From assembly GCA_963933835.1 (NCBI GenBank), contig CAWVVV010000002.1, positions 384,001 through 448,000 of the forward strand: a stretch of DNA of 64,000 nucleotides. Reading direction: 5' to 3'. The DNA comes from an uncultured Puniceicoccaceae bacterium. Its GTDB lineage: Bacteria; Verrucomicrobiota; Verrucomicrobiia; Opitutales; Oceanipulchritudinaceae. Below the pieces are notes generated by a model. It was not told the origin of the DNA, did not search any database, and saw nothing but the letters and a program-made list of their open reading frames with translations. The translations under genes and the position numbers were made by a program. Positions 1 to 11,466 of this stretch are shown piece after piece (the stretch's first letter is position 1; each line of letters begins with the position of its first letter).

Positions 1-2
1 AC

Positions 3-1088
3 TTTGCTGCGATTGAAAATTCCGATCGTAAAATTTACGGACTGCAGTTTCACCCCGAAGTCTTCCATACCGAGCAGGGCACGGATATTATCCGTAACTT
101 TGTGAAGGGTATCTGTGGCTGTGTGGGTGATTGGACGATGGCTAACTATGCCGAAATGACGATCGAACGGATACGCAAGACCGTCGGTGACAAAAACGTC
201 ATTCTGGGACTGAGCGGTGGGGTAGATAGCTCTATCGCCGCGGCCCTCATAGATCGCGCTATTGGAAAGCAGCTCACTTGTGTATTCGTCGACAATGGAC
301 TGCTCCGCAAGGACGAGGCTGGAGCTGTCGAAAAGCTCTACGGAGACAACTTTAAGCTCAACCTCGTCGTTTCCCGATCAGCGGATCTATTTCTAGATCG
401 GCTCGCTGGTATTACGGATCCGGAGCAGAAGCGTAAGATCATTGGGAACACCTTCATCGAAGTCTTCGAAGCAGAGGTTGGTGGCATTGGTGAAGTAGAT
501 TTTCTAGCACAGGGCACGATTTATCCCGACATCATTGAATCGGTTCCGATCGATGGAAATCCTGCCGCTTTGATTAAAAGTCACCACAATGTGGGTGGGC
601 TTCCGGAGCGAATGCGGATGAAGATCCTCGAGCCTCTCAATGAGCTATTTAAAGACGAAGTACGTGCTCTAGGTGAAGAGCTAGGTTTGCCAAAAAGCGT
701 GGTGTGGCGCCAGCCCTTCCCCGGCCCAGGCCTCGCTGTTCGGATATTAGGTGATATCACACGTGAAAATCTCACCGTCCTCCGCAATGCCGATGCAATT
801 CTAATGGAGGAGATGAAAGCGGCGGATCTCTACTACAGCGTTTGGCAGAGTTTTTGTGTCTTCTTGCCCGTGCGTACTGTTGGAGTGATGGGTGACGAGC
901 GCACCTATGACAACGTCATCGCCCTGCGTATTGTTGAGAGTATTGATGCGATGACAGCGGACTGGGCGAAGCTGCCTAACGAGCTCTTGGCAAAAGTCTC
1001 AAATCGGATCATGAACGAAGTGAAAGGTATTAACCGCGTTGTTCTTGATATTTCTTCGAAGCCCCCAAGCACGATCGAATGGGAATGA
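3..1088 (+). CDS. guaA: GMP synthase (glutamine-hydrolysing), 5' end outside window
   Basis: Frame open from base 3 ([20 protein letters not shown]); [33 protein letters not shown] and C-terminal KPPSTIEWE motifs. Confidence 0.97.
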   Translation, partial: FAAIENSDRKIYGLQFHPEVFHTEQGTDIIRNFVKGICGCVGDWTMANYAEMTIERIRKTVGDKNVILGLSGGVDSSIAAALIDRAIGKQLTCVFVDNGLLRKDEAGAVEKLYGDNFKLNLVVSRSADLFLDRLAGITDPEQKRKIIGNTFIEVFEAEVGGIGEVDFLAQGTIYPDIIESVPIDGNPAALIKSHHNVGGLPERMRMKILEPLNELFKDEVRALGEELGLPKSVVWRQPFPGPGLAVRILGDITRENLTVLRNADAILMEEMKAADLYYSVWQSFCVFLPVRTVGVMGDERTYDNVIALRIVESIDAMTADWAKLPNELLAKVSNRIMNEVKGINRVVLDISSKPPSTIEWE

Positions 1089-1828
1089 TCTTTCGCCGCA
1101 CAACAGTCGGATTAGTCTGCACATGGTTTTTTTTGGTCGGCCTTGCGTGGGGCGATGAACCTAAAGTAGACGTCGGATCGATCATTGAGCGCGCCCGTGC
1201 AGCCATTGCATCTGAGGAGGTCCTCAATGAGCTAGACTCTTTGTATTTCGAAGGCGTCCTTGAGCTTTATCAGAATAACATTCGCGGCGCAGTTCGTGTA
1301 TTCCTCCAAAAGCCTGCGTTTCAACGCATAGAGGTCGAAACAGAGGCTTTTCTAAAAGTCACCATTATCGGGGAGGATCTTGGCTGGGAGATCTTAACCA
1401 ATAAGCAGGCGGAAGACGCAGTGCCAAAGAGGCGCCTGCTGACACCTGAAGAATATTGGGAAAATCGCTACAATGCTGTCGAAAACCTCTACTTTTACCA
1501 TGGCTACAAGCGAGAAAGAGGGCAGCTGGTATTCCTCGAACAGACATTTCTTGAAGGTATTGAAGTGGATGTTTTCCAAGTAACTTTTGATCAAAAAAAT
1601 ATTCACCAGCGTATGATCTCGGTCGACACGGGTGAACTGGTCGCGTCCAAGGCGCCGGATGGGACACTTGTCTTTGCGCGTGAGCGTGAGACGATTGATG
1701 GCATCAAGCTGCCGAAGGAAGTGGAATACTACTCTGATGGGAAACGCGTCTCACGCGTCCGTTTTAATAAGATTGAAGTGAACCCGTGGCTTGATTCTGC
1801 CCTCTTTCGGGTGCCTGTATTTCGTTAA
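1085..1828 (+). CDS. Exported protein, LolA-like/outer-membrane-lipoprotein-sorting-like fold
   Basis: Signal peptide ending AWG; ATGA overlap with guaA stop; beta-rich; C-terminal [15 protein letters not shown] typical of LolA-like families. Confidence 0.6.
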   Translation: MIFRRTTVGLVCTWFFLVGLAWGDEPKVDVGSIIERARAAIASEEVLNELDSLYFEGVLELYQNNIRGAVRVFLQKPAFQRIEVETEAFLKVTIIGEDLGWEILTNKQAEDAVPKRRLLTPEEYWENRYNAVENLYFYHGYKRERGQLVFLEQTFLEGIEVDVFQVTFDQKNIHQRMISVDTGELVASKAPDGTLVFARERETIDGIKLPKEVEYYSDGKRVSRVRFNKIEVNPWLDSALFRVPVFR

Positions 1829-1840
1829 TTAATATCCAGA

Positions 1841-3148
1841 ATGAGACTACTCGACTACACAGACCCGAAGTTCTACGCGAAGCTAGAACGCTTTATTGTC
1901 GGCCGTAGTGAAAAGCCTGAGATCAATGAGCTCGTCGGTGATATTCTATCCGATGTTAAAACTCGTGGTGATAAGGCACTGATCGACTACACGGAGCGGT
2001 TTGATGGCCATCGTTTTAAGCCATCTGAACTACGGCTCAAAGAAGAAGACCTACGCGCCGGTGTTGATGGCCTGACCGCTCGACAGAAGCGGGCAATGAA
2101 GGCCGCAATTCGATGCGTAGCAGACTTTCATCGGAACACGTTTCCGAAGAACTGGATGGGCACAAATCCACAGGGCGCGAAAGTGGGCGAACGCTGGTAT
2201 CCGATCAAAAGAGTCGGCATTTACATCCCCGCGGGGAATGTGCCACTCGTGTCTACGGTCGTTATGACGACCACGCTCGCAAAGCTAGCAGGCGTCGACG
2301 AGATCGCAGTTTTCACACCTCCTGGGCCTGATGGCGCTGTCGATGCTGGTATGCGCGCAGCTCTTTGCCTTGCGGGTATAACAGAAGTCTACCGAGTTGG
2401 CGGTGCGCAGGCGATTGCAGCAGCAGCTTATGGGACGAAAACGATTCCGGCTGTTGATAAGACGATGGGACCGGGAAATGCGTTCGTTACCGAAGCGCAG
2501 CGCCAAGTGTTTGGTCGGGTAGGGGTCGATCTCCTCCCTGGGCCAAGTGAGGCTCTTGCGATCGCTGATAAGACAGCAAATCCTGAATGGCTAGCGGCCG
2601 ATCTTCTCGCGCAAGCTGAACACGGCAGTGGTGCCGAAAAAGTTTATTACGTTTACTCTAACGAGAAACAGCGTGCTGCGGTTGAGCTAGCGATGGACCA
2701 GCAGGTGAAGACGCTTAAGCATCGCAAGGCGATTGAGAAGATCCTCAAAACGAACTGCCTAGGATTGAAGGTTTCAAACTTGGATCAAGCGATTGAGGTG
2801 GCCAATTTTATCGCACCCGAGCACCTCGAACTTCACGTCGCGAAAAAGTCGATACAACCCCTTGTAAAAGGCATTCGAACCGCTGGAGCCATCCTTTGTG
2901 GTCACGAAACACCCACTGTGATTGGCGATTTTACGGCGGGGCCAAGCCATGCCTTACCGACGTCACGATCAGGCCGTTTTTTCAGTGGCTTGAAGATTAC
3001 TGATTTCATGAGGCGCTCGAGCATTGTTCAATACGACCGTAAGTCTCTAGAGGCCGCGCGTGAAGTTGTTGCCGTATTTTCAGAGCTTGAGCAGCTCGAT
3101 GCCCACGGGCGCTCGATGGAGATTCGATTCGAAAAGGGTTCAAAGTGA
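1841..3148 (+). CDS. hisD: Histidinol dehydrogenase
   Basis: GGAQAIAA, GPGNAFV, PGPSE, DLLAQAEH, APEHLE, GPSH motifs. Confidence 0.96.
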   Translation: MRLLDYTDPKFYAKLERFIVGRSEKPEINELVGDILSDVKTRGDKALIDYTERFDGHRFKPSELRLKEEDLRAGVDGLTARQKRAMKAAIRCVADFHRNTFPKNWMGTNPQGAKVGERWYPIKRVGIYIPAGNVPLVSTVVMTTTLAKLAGVDEIAVFTPPGPDGAVDAGMRAALCLAGITEVYRVGGAQAIAAAAYGTKTIPAVDKTMGPGNAFVTEAQRQVFGRVGVDLLPGPSEALAIADKTANPEWLAADLLAQAEHGSGAEKVYYVYSNEKQRAAVELAMDQQVKTLKHRKAIEKILKTNCLGLKVSNLDQAIEVANFIAPEHLELHVAKKSIQPLVKGIRTAGAILCGHETPTVIGDFTAGPSHALPTSRSGRFFSGLKITDFMRRSSIVQYDRKSLEAAREVVAVFSELEQLDAHGRSMEIRFEKGSK

Positions 3149-4251
3149 GCTCTCCCGGAGAGTCCGATTTTACTGCCGAGACTTGGGCCAATCCGCATGT
3201 GCGGTCGTTGCATCCATACGTTCCTGGAAAGCAGCCGAAGGGAAGTGATTGGACAAAGCTGAATACGAATGAGCTCCCGTATCCACCGAGCCCGAAGGTC
3301 TCAGAAGCGGTTGCTGCTGAGGTCTCCAGGCTTCCTAAATACCCGTCACCAACCAGCGCTCCATTGCGAGAGGCGATTGCGGCTCATCACGGACTCGATC
3401 CGTCACAGGTATTGATTGGCAATGGCTCGGATGAGATATTAACCATGCTCTTTCGTGCTTTTGCGGGTCCAGAGCGTGAAGCAGGAGAAACAACCCCAAG
3501 TTATTCTCTGTATCCAGTTTTAGCGACGATTCAGAATACATCTGTTCAATCCTACGCGCTCGAGAAAGACTTGAATTTGCCGCTCGAAGAGATCGCTAGT
3601 TGTCGAGCACCGGTCTTTTTTCTCACGACGCCGAACGCACCTTTTGGGAAAGGATTCAGCCTCGATGAACTTAGGACAGCAATTGACGGCTTCGCGGGCA
3701 TCTTTGTTGCCGACGAGGCGTATGCAGATTTTGGCGACACCTCTGCGATTGAGCTCCTTAGTCAGTGTAAGAATTTGGTTGTGACGCGGAGTTTCTCAAA
3801 GAGCTATGGCCTTGCTGGACTTCGTGTCGGCTATGCCTTGGCTAGCCCAGAAATCATTGGCCTGCTCGATCGCCTGCGTGACAGTTATAATGTGAATTGC
3901 TTGAGCCAGGCAGGCGCGCTCGCCGCTTTTCAAGATCAGGCTTATCTGAATCTTGTTGTTGGGAAAGTGAAGGCGACGCGTGAGCATTTCAGCGTAGCAT
4001 TGCGTTCGATGGGATGGGAGGTCGTTCCGTCCCAGGCGAATTTTATTTTTGCGCGCCCGCCGGTTTCAGGCGAACAGAATCGCAGTGCATTGGCGTCGGA
4101 GATTTTTAGCCGGCTAGAGTCCAAGAAGATCCTAGTTCGCTACTTCCCGAAAGACCCACTGACGGCCGACGGACTGCGTATCAGTATTGGGACGGACGAT
4201 GAGATGGACCGGTGTCTCGAATCTTTGGCTGCTCCTCCTATTGGCGGGTAG
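3145..4251 (+). CDS. hisC: Histidinol-phosphate aminotransferase
   Basis: KLNTNE, GNGSDE, DEAY, PLP lysine motif RSFSKSYGLAGLRVGY; overlaps hisD stop. Confidence 0.95.
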   Translation: MSSPGESDFTAETWANPHVRSLHPYVPGKQPKGSDWTKLNTNELPYPPSPKVSEAVAAEVSRLPKYPSPTSAPLREAIAAHHGLDPSQVLIGNGSDEILTMLFRAFAGPEREAGETTPSYSLYPVLATIQNTSVQSYALEKDLNLPLEEIASCRAPVFFLTTPNAPFGKGFSLDELRTAIDGFAGIFVADEAYADFGDTSAIELLSQCKNLVVTRSFSKSYGLAGLRVGYALASPEIIGLLDRLRDSYNVNCLSQAGALAAFQDQAYLNLVVGKVKATREHFSVALRSMGWEVVPSQANFIFARPPVSGEQNRSALASEIFSRLESKKILVRYFPKDPLTADGLRISIGTDDEMDRCLESLAAPPIGG

Positions 4252-4278
4252 TCCCCGTTTTCTCCGCGTTGAGCCCAG

Positions 4279-4307
4279 TTGACATAGGGCAAGGTCTCTT
4301 CCAACAT
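4279..4307 (+). promoter_or_regulatory. Possible sigma70-type internal promoter upstream of hisB
   Basis: Perfect TTGACA (4279-4284), 17-nt spacer, weak -10 CAACAT, in the 100-nt hisC-hisB gap. Confidence 0.35.
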
Positions 4308-4351
4308 TTTTGAAATCTGCTGAAAGATTCAGCACATAGACAGGAAGACCC

Positions 4352-4948
4352 ATGTCAGATACACGCTCAGCAAAGATTGTCCGAAACACGAACGAGACTC
4401 AAATCGAGCTCAAGCTCACGATCGACGGAACGGGAACGAGCTCGATTTCGACGGGCATTCCGTTCTTTGACCACATGCTCGAACTCTTCAGTCGTCACGG
4501 GATCTTTGACCTTGAGCTCAAGGCGACCGGTGACATCGCAGTTGATTACCACCACACGGTGGAGGATGTCGGAATCGTTCTCGGTGAAGCCTTTAAGAAG
4601 GCGCTCGGTGACAAACGAGGTATTCGACGCTACGGGTTTTTCGTCCTGCCAATGGATGAATGCTTGGCCCGTGTAGCGGTCGACCTCAGCAATCGCCCCC
4701 TCATGGTTTACAAAGTCGAGGCGGAGGAAGCTTTCGTGCGCGATTTTAACATCCACCTTTTCCGCGAGTTTTTCCAAGCCTTTGCCAATTCAGCCGGTGC
4801 GAACGTGCACCTCGGGCTGGTCTATGGTGACGAGCCCCACCACATCGCGGAGGCACTCTTTAAGGGCTTCGCTCAAGCGATGCGCATGGCCTGTGAATCT
4901 GACCCACGTCGCGGCGATCAATTGCCGACGACGAAGGGTATGGTGTAG
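4352..4948 (+). CDS. hisB: Imidazoleglycerol-phosphate dehydratase
   Basis: [42 protein letters not shown]. Confidence 0.97.
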   Translation: MSDTRSAKIVRNTNETQIELKLTIDGTGTSSISTGIPFFDHMLELFSRHGIFDLELKATGDIAVDYHHTVEDVGIVLGEAFKKALGDKRGIRRYGFFVLPMDECLARVAVDLSNRPLMVYKVEAEEAFVRDFNIHLFREFFQAFANSAGANVHLGLVYGDEPHHIAEALFKGFAQAMRMACESDPRRGDQLPTTKGMV

Positions 4949-5023
4949 TCCTTTTCAATACTCTTATTTTTCGGCCGTCTTCTGGCCTTCCCGTTTGGCA
5001 TGATCTGTGTTGTTTAATCGGCT

Positions 5024-6172
5024 ATGAATGGTGGGGGAATTATAGCGGCGGTTGAAAATGCGCCTTGGCACGAACTATCCGTAGTGGGCTTTGAGCTCTG
5101 GCGACTGCTGGCGTTTTCGGCGGCTATTTTTGGTGGCTATCTTATAGGAAAAATTCTCGCTCTAGTCTTTCGCCAATTTGAAGCACGGGCGCTGAAAGCG
5201 GGGCGACATTTAGCGGAGGCACTTTGGTCGTCCTTTGCGAGTGCGCTGGGGCCGTTGGGCTTGGCCATGGGGCTGAAGTTTGGGATTCTCTTTCTTGATC
5301 TGATGGCAGTCGCTGGCGAGGTCATCAGCACGATAACCTCTGTATTTGTCGTGATCGCGATTGGCTGGCTCTGCTTCTGTTTGGTCGAGGTGCCGACGGC
5401 GACGTATTCACGCTGGTCGCGACGCCAGAAGTCAAAACTCACCGATATGCTCGTGCCAATCATGCGCACGGGACTGAGGGTGGTCGTCTTCATCCTCACG
5501 ATTGTCCAGATCGTGCAGGTCGTCAGCGACAAGCCGATCAGCTCAATCTTGGCCGGCTTGGGGATCGGCGGGCTGGCCTTTGCTTTAGCAGCTCAGGATT
5601 CGCTCAAGCACCTCTTTGGCTCGGTGGTCGTTTTCACCGACCGGCCGTTTGAAGTAGGGGATCGTCTCGTCGTTGATGGCCATGATGGGCCCGTCGAGGA
5701 GGTTGGCTTTCGTTCGACTAAAATACGGACGTTAGATGGCCATCTCGTGACGGTTCCGAATGGCGACTTGGTGAACAAGAGCATCTTGAATATCTCCAAG
5801 CGGCCGTTTATCAAACGGCAGTGTGATATTTCGATCACCTACGACACCCCGTCCGAGAAGATCGAAGAAGCCATTCAAATTCTTAAGGACCTCCTCGAGA
5901 ACCACGAGGGGATGGATGAGGAGTTTCCGCCGCGCGTCTACTTTAAGGATATGAAGTCGGACTGCCTGAATCTTTTCGTCATCTACTGGTATCACCCGCC
6001 TGCTTATTGGGACTATTTGGCGTTTTCGGAGCGCTTTAATCTCGAGGTAATCAAGCGCTTCCGCGCGGCTGGGATCGATTTTGCCTTCCCGACGCAGACA
6101 CTTTATCTTGCAGGCGATGAGGCTCGGCCGTTGAACATCGGCCTGAATGAGCTCCCCGGAAAGTCCAGTTAA
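5024..6172 (+). CDS. Small-conductance mechanosensitive channel family protein
   Basis: [42 protein letters not shown] (MscS family). Confidence 0.93.
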   Translation: MNGGGIIAAVENAPWHELSVVGFELWRLLAFSAAIFGGYLIGKILALVFRQFEARALKAGRHLAEALWSSFASALGPLGLAMGLKFGILFLDLMAVAGEVISTITSVFVVIAIGWLCFCLVEVPTATYSRWSRRQKSKLTDMLVPIMRTGLRVVVFILTIVQIVQVVSDKPISSILAGLGIGGLAFALAAQDSLKHLFGSVVVFTDRPFEVGDRLVVDGHDGPVEEVGFRSTKIRTLDGHLVTVPNGDLVNKSILNISKRPFIKRQCDISITYDTPSEKIEEAIQILKDLLENHEGMDEEFPPRVYFKDMKSDCLNLFVIYWYHPPAYWDYLAFSERFNLEVIKRFRAAGIDFAFPTQTLYLAGDEARPLNIGLNELPGKSS

Positions 6173-6803
6173 GCCAAAACTCGCCGTGATTGATTACGGC
6201 ATGGGTAACCTGCGCAGTGTTGTGAAGGCGTGGGAGCACGTCGGCGCGGATGTTCAGCTGATCAGTCAGCCTTCGGAGGCGGAGGGTGCCGATGCGCTCG
6301 TTTTTCCGGGGCAGGGCGCGATCGTCGATACGATGGAGCTGCTCCAACGCACGGGCTTCGATAATCTCGTCCGTGAGTGGATTGGTGCGGATAAACCGTT
6401 TTTTGGAATCTGCCTTGGGTTACAGGCGCTTTTCGAAAGCTCTGAAGAAGGTGGCGGAACGCCGTGTCTGGGGATTTTCCCCGGTGAAGTGAAACGCTTT
6501 TCTTTTCCAGCCGAACTGGGCCTTAAAGTTCCGCACATGGGTTGGAACACAGCTGAATTTACTGAGAAAGGTGGCTTAAAAACGCCGCTCGGCCCTGAAG
6601 GCGAGGCACCGTTCTTCTACTTCGTCCACAGCTATCATGTGGATACCGCGCCGGATGACATAGTCTGGGCGAAAACGACTTACGGCGCTAAGACGTTTGT
6701 CAGTGCAATCCAGAGAGGCCGTTGCTTCGCGACCCAGTTCCACCCGGAGAAATCTCAACGCGTGGGACTCGAGCTTTACCGCGCATTTCTGGAAACGCTC
6801 TAG
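6147..6803 (+). CDS. hisH: Imidazole glycerol phosphate synthase glutaminase subunit
   Basis: [35 protein letters not shown]. Confidence 0.96.
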   Translation: MSSPESPVKPKLAVIDYGMGNLRSVVKAWEHVGADVQLISQPSEAEGADALVFPGQGAIVDTMELLQRTGFDNLVREWIGADKPFFGICLGLQALFESSEEGGGTPCLGIFPGEVKRFSFPAELGLKVPHMGWNTAEFTEKGGLKTPLGPEGEAPFFYFVHSYHVDTAPDDIVWAKTTYGAKTFVSAIQRGRCFATQFHPEKSQRVGLELYRAFLETL

Positions 6804-6949
6804 GTGTCAATTTTGGGCATTTCGTAGAACGCAACAGCTAGCTAAAGTGTTCTAAGGCTCGTCGATCGGCGGGGCTTTCTGAGATTTTATCACGATATTG
6901 GGCTGAGAGGACTTGCCCCGGAGGTAAGACCCGTGGTTCTTTTATAGTT

Positions 6950-8266
6950 ATGAGTAGTGATCCTTCCAATTCTTCGTCGGCGGAGACAGCCAGTGTCGAT
7001 CTAACCCTTGATGGTAAAACTTATACCTATCCAATTATCGTTGGATCGGAAGACGAGAAGGCGATTGATTTGCGTAAGCTGCGGGCGGAAACCGGATACA
7101 TCACTTACGATGATGGCTATGGGAACACAGGATCCTGCCTGAGCAAGATCACCTACATCGACGGCGAGAATGGCATCCTGCGTCACCGAGGAATTCCGAT
7201 CGATCAACTCGCGGAGCGTTCAACGTTTCTGTGCACGTCCTATCTGATCATCTACGGCAAGCTCCCGAATCAAGCGGAGTTGGAAACGTTTCGCAAAAAG
7301 GTGGGGGCAAACTCAGGCCTGAACGAAAACTTCAAGAATCACTTCGAGGGCTTTCCGAGGGACAGTCATCCCATGGCGGTCCTCAGCTCGATGCTGAACG
7401 CTCTTGGCTGCTACCACCCTGAGATGACGAGTAATGATCGCGCACAGGACCTAGAACACTTCGACGATGCGGCAGCGTTTCTCCTTTCCAAAGTGAGATC
7501 CATCGCGGCGATGACGTATCGCATGAGCAAAGGCCTGCCCTACAACTACCCGCGCAAAGACCTGCGCTACGTGGAGAACTTCCTCCACATGATGATTACC
7601 GAGCCTCACGCTGAATACGAAGCGATCCCAGAAGTCACGGCAGCACTCGATCTTTTCTTCCTCCTTCATGCTGATCACGAGCAAAACTGCTCAACCTCCA
7701 CCGTCCGAATGGTGGCCAGTAGTGGGGCAAACATGTTCGCCTCTGTCTCGGCGGGGGTCTGCGCTCTCTGGGGCCCTCTACACGGCGGCGCGAACGCGGC
7801 GGTGATCAAGATGCTCGAGCAAATCCATGCTGATGGTGACGACGGTAGCCGCTTCATCGAAGCAGCTAAGACCGGTAAGGCGCGCTTGATGGGCTTCGGT
7901 CACCGTGTTTATAAGAACTACGATCCGCGGGCGAAGATCTTCGGGCAGGTTGCAGAGAACTTATTCACGACGCTCGGAGTGCAAGATCCGCTCCTCGATA
8001 TTGCTCGTCACCTCGAACAGGCGGCACTCAGCGACCCTTACTTCATCGAGCGTAAGCTTTACCCGAATGTAGACTTTTACAGTGGTATCGTGCTCAAGGC
8101 GCTCGGTATTCCAGTTGATATGTTTACGGTCATGTTTGCCATCGGGCGGATGCCTGGCTGGATCGCAAACTGGAAGGAAATCGCTGAGACTTCGAACAAG
8201 ATCCACCGCCCACGTCAGATCTATACAGGTGCAGTCAAAACCGACTATTCTACAGCCGCTAAATAG
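6950..8266 (+). CDS. gltA: Citrate synthase (type II)
   Basis: [46 protein letters not shown]. Confidence 0.97.
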   Translation: MSSDPSNSSSAETASVDLTLDGKTYTYPIIVGSEDEKAIDLRKLRAETGYITYDDGYGNTGSCLSKITYIDGENGILRHRGIPIDQLAERSTFLCTSYLIIYGKLPNQAELETFRKKVGANSGLNENFKNHFEGFPRDSHPMAVLSSMLNALGCYHPEMTSNDRAQDLEHFDDAAAFLLSKVRSIAAMTYRMSKGLPYNYPRKDLRYVENFLHMMITEPHAEYEAIPEVTAALDLFFLLHADHEQNCSTSTVRMVASSGANMFASVSAGVCALWGPLHGGANAAVIKMLEQIHADGDDGSRFIEAAKTGKARLMGFGHRVYKNYDPRAKIFGQVAENLFTTLGVQDPLLDIARHLEQAALSDPYFIERKLYPNVDFYSGIVLKALGIPVDMFTVMFAIGRMPGWIANWKEIAETSNKIHRPRQIYTGAVKTDYSTAAK

Positions 8267-10025
8267 GATCTGACTTAGTTCTAGGCAATAGCTCGACGGT
8301 CTCACCGTCGAGTGACGTCGCCTTCGGAAATAGGTCAGCATTAGTTCGAAGCCATTCGCTCCCCATGGGCTTGAGGAGCAGGTCGTCACCTTCCCACTGA
8401 AAGTTTACGCTACCCAGATCAAGGTGTTCAATACGGCCAGCTCCTGTTTCCTCGTTGATTTCGAGGAGTTGGTAGATCCCGAGCCAAGGTGAGAGCCACC
8501 AAGTAGCAGCGCCTTTTTTCAGTTCAATCAACGTATCTGGATCAACTGTATCTGGATGCTCTTTCCCAAAGAAGAGTTCGTTCGCATCGAGGACGAGTGC
8601 GTGGTGGGTATCGAAAATTTCCTTGGTCAAGAAGATGGGTACACTTCGAGCGTAGTCTTTACCGAACTGCTCAGACATAAGAAGGCGAAGGAACGGATCG
8701 ATCGTCCATTGGTAGTCTGCGCTAGATGTCAGTAGGCCGAAGAGGTATTTCTTTCTTTTACCTCCATAAGTTGATTCGACGGATGGAATCACAATCAATG
8801 CATCGGGAGGGCCATCATTTAAACTCGCTTCGATTTGAGCCCGATATGTGAGCACCTCATTTGACGCTGGGCTTACCCAAAATCTATGTAAGACGTCTCC
8901 GCAGGCAATGACTTGAAGCGCTGCGATGAAGGCAAAGGCAGTCAAGGTGAACCGTTCCCTACGTGGGCTGGCGATTGACCGGAGGCTACTGAAAACCAAA
9001 ACGATGATGATCGCACTGAAAGGTCCCATTAGTCTGTATGGGCTGCCATCGTAGAGATACAGACAAGGGATAAAAATAAACATGAGGGCGCCGATCCCTA
9101 GGCCCCTTAGGCTCGAGATGACACGGGGACCTCGCCAGAGACTAAAGACACCCCCAGTAAGAAGGGCTGCAAGGGTCGTGATCGCTACAACTGTTTTTGC
9201 AGTTAAGCCGTAGAAGTACGCCCAGCCATGGAGGGTCTCAGGAATCGCTCTGCCAAATAGAGTAGCAAACTGGTTTAGGAGATCTTGAGCCAGAGATATG
9301 CGTGCTAGGGAAACGCCTTCCTGGGGCGGCATTAGTGGCAGGAAAAGAAGCTTATATGTGATGTAGTAGATTCCTAATACACTGTAAAAATAGGATAGGT
9401 TTAGGGTGTTTTGGCGCAGAAATGACCGAGGGGATGCCTCCTCCTCAAGTAACTTCAAAAGCAGAGGGATCAATCCAAAGAGAGTAGACGGCTGGTATAC
9501 CCAGAGGGCAATGAAGAGACCGATCCAGCCGGCTAGCTTTCGCTTAGAAAATAGGCGGTCTGGTTCATCACAGCAAAGTTGTGCGCTCAAGACTGCCAAG
9601 GCTGCAGCCCAAGTGTAAGGGAAACAGACGGTCCAGAGAACGAGCGTCGCTAGCCCCGGAACACTGCAAATTGCTAGGGTGAGGAATAATCGTGCGCAGG
9701 GACTATAGTTATGTTTGCGAAAAAGCCTTTCGAGAGTGAAGGCAAAAACGAGCAAGCCAATAAAGCCGATGAAACGTACTCCTTGAAGACCAGAAATCCC
9801 GCCTGCAGTTGCAAAGAAGAGCTCAGTCAGGGCTGAGGTCAGAGGACGCCCTTGGATCGAGATCCAACTCTTCCATGTATCAAAGGATCCAAGCGTGACT
9901 TCATTTAAAAACCCAAATGTATCGAGCTTCGCATAGTCGTTTGTGAAGGCAGGAAAATAGACGAGCGTCAGAATCGTCAGCGAGCCCCATAGGGCCCAGT
10001 TCCAGCCGCCCCTTTCTTGCTCCAT
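8259..10025 (-). CDS. Multi-pass membrane protein, GtrII/GT-C glycosyltransferase-like, with degenerate Trp-rich C-terminal domain
   Basis: About 11 hydrophobic segments; acidic loop after TM1, QGRPL and YQP motifs as in GtrII-like proteins; soluble C-terminus with WWLSPWLG. Confidence 0.55.
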   Translation of the reverse strand: MEQERGGWNWALWGSLTILTLVYFPAFTNDYAKLDTFGFLNEVTLGSFDTWKSWISIQGRPLTSALTELFFATAGGISGLQGVRFIGFIGLLVFAFTLERLFRKHNYSPCARLFLTLAICSVPGLATLVLWTVCFPYTWAAALAVLSAQLCCDEPDRLFSKRKLAGWIGLFIALWVYQPSTLFGLIPLLLKLLEEEASPRSFLRQNTLNLSYFYSVLGIYYITYKLLFLPLMPPQEGVSLARISLAQDLLNQFATLFGRAIPETLHGWAYFYGLTAKTVVAITTLAALLTGGVFSLWRGPRVISSLRGLGIGALMFIFIPCLYLYDGSPYRLMGPFSAIIIVLVFSSLRSIASPRRERFTLTAFAFIAALQVIACGDVLHRFWVSPASNEVLTYRAQIEASLNDGPPDALIVIPSVESTYGGKRKKYLFGLLTSSADYQWTIDPFLRLLMSEQFGKDYARSVPIFLTKEIFDTHHALVLDANELFFGKEHPDTVDPDTLIELKKGAATWWLSPWLGIYQLLEINEETGAGRIEHLDLGSVNFQWEGDDLLLKPMGSEWLRTNADLFPKATSLDGETVELLPRTKSDPI

Positions 10026-10747
10026 CAGCTCTGCTTTACGTTTTCTTGGCGATGGGCTTCAGCGAGCGCATCTTCCATCGCGAGGCCTGTGTTCTGGCGG
10101 ATGCCTTTGATGAGGTAGAAGACGATGCCCATTGTGATGACCGTTGAGGGCACTGCGATGATGATCATGCTCCACATTGTCATGCTGCCGACCTCTTCAT
10201 TGAACTTCACCGGGTCGATCGCTGGCTCAGTTTGGATAAAATGGAGCGCTACGTAGTAGTTTAAAACCGCCGAGATGAAAAACGAAGAAGCGAGGAAAAC
10301 GGTCGCTCGGTTGAGTAGCTTCTGGAAGTTTTTGTTTGTCCCTCGGGCGTCGAGTTCTCTCTGAATTCGATCAACGTCAAACAGCTGGGGCGAGAGAAGG
10401 AGCGTTTTGATGAGGGGGTAGGGCGTAAAAAGTGAGCCAAGGATCGCGAGACCAAGGATACCGGGAATCGCAGCTTCTTTGACGATTACCCAGAAGCGAG
10501 GGAGCTCGAGGAGCCCGATTCCGCCGGTTAGCAGGACACTGACGAAGCCGAGGATTGAGATAAAGTTCTTCTTCCCCCGTGTTTTGAGATCGTAGAAAAA
10601 ATAGCCGACCGGGAACGCCAGCGCGAGGACCAGAACTGCCGCGGGAGAGCCGATGAACTGATCTCCCTTGCGCAGGACGAGAACGGGTAGGATAACATTC
10701 AGTCCAAGATTCCACCAAATCGATTCAGGCTTTTCGCTTTTCTCCAT
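10025..10747 (-). CDS. VC0807-family membrane protein
   Basis: NFISILGFVSVLLTGGIGLL, VKEAAIP, SFFISAVLNY, FNEEVG motifs; start chosen at ATG 10747. Confidence 0.8.
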   Translation of the reverse strand: MEKSEKPESIWWNLGLNVILPVLVLRKGDQFIGSPAAVLVLALAFPVGYFFYDLKTRGKKNFISILGFVSVLLTGGIGLLELPRFWVIVKEAAIPGILGLAILGSLFTPYPLIKTLLLSPQLFDVDRIQRELDARGTNKNFQKLLNRATVFLASSFFISAVLNYYVALHFIQTEPAIDPVKFNEEVGSMTMWSMIIIAVPSTVITMGIVFYLIKGIRQNTGLAMEDALAEAHRQENVKQS

Positions 10748-10773
10748 TTGCGCGGATCGTTTTTGATCAAGAG

Positions 10774-11439
10774 ATGAAGGCAAGACCCATTCGATGTCTG
10801 ATTTCCGCGGGACCCACGCGGGAGTACTTTGACCCCGTCCGTTACGTGAGCAATCCCTCGACCGGGAAGATGGGCTATGCTCTTGCCGAAGCGGCAGTAG
10901 AAGCGGGCTGGGAGGTCGATTTGGTTTCAGGCCCCGTGTCTTTGCCGGCTCCTAGTGGCGCCTGCCTCCACTCGGTCATGACCGGTGCAGAAATGTTTGA
11001 AGCCGTCGGCAAGCTTTTCGGTGAATGCGATATTCTAATCATGACGGCTGCCTTGATCGATTTTAGGCCGTGCACCATGGCAGCTCACAAGGTGAAGAAG
11101 GACGTCCTCGATATGGTCGTCGAAATGGAACCTGTGATTGATGTCCTCGCCACGATGGGAAAGCGGAAAACCTCGCAGTTTATCGTCGGATTTGCGGCCG
11201 AGACAAACGACGTCGAAGTTTATGGTCGTCGAAAGCTGGAAACGAAAAACGCGGATTACATCGTCGCGAACCAAATTGGTGTCGAAGGTTCGGGCTTCGC
11301 GTCAGACGACAACAAGATCATTCTTCTCGGACGCGATGGTTCACGCGAAGAGATGGGTCCAACCAGTAAGCGTGCATTGGGGTCCGCGCTGGTCGCGCAG
11401 TTTCAAGTAGACCTAGAAGCGCGTTTAGAATTAGAGTAG
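10774..11439 (+). CDS. coaB: Phosphopantothenate--cysteine ligase (stand-alone CoaB domain)
   Basis: SAGPTRE.FDPVRYVSN.STGKMG, VGFAAET, IVAN; no N-terminal CoaC domain. Confidence 0.92.
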   Translation: MKARPIRCLISAGPTREYFDPVRYVSNPSTGKMGYALAEAAVEAGWEVDLVSGPVSLPAPSGACLHSVMTGAEMFEAVGKLFGECDILIMTAALIDFRPCTMAAHKVKKDVLDMVVEMEPVIDVLATMGKRKTSQFIVGFAAETNDVEVYGRRKLETKNADYIVANQIGVEGSGFASDDNKIILLGRDGSREEMGPTSKRALGSALVAQFQVDLEARLELE

Positions 11440-11466
11440 AAAGATGGATACAAGAGCGCATAAATC

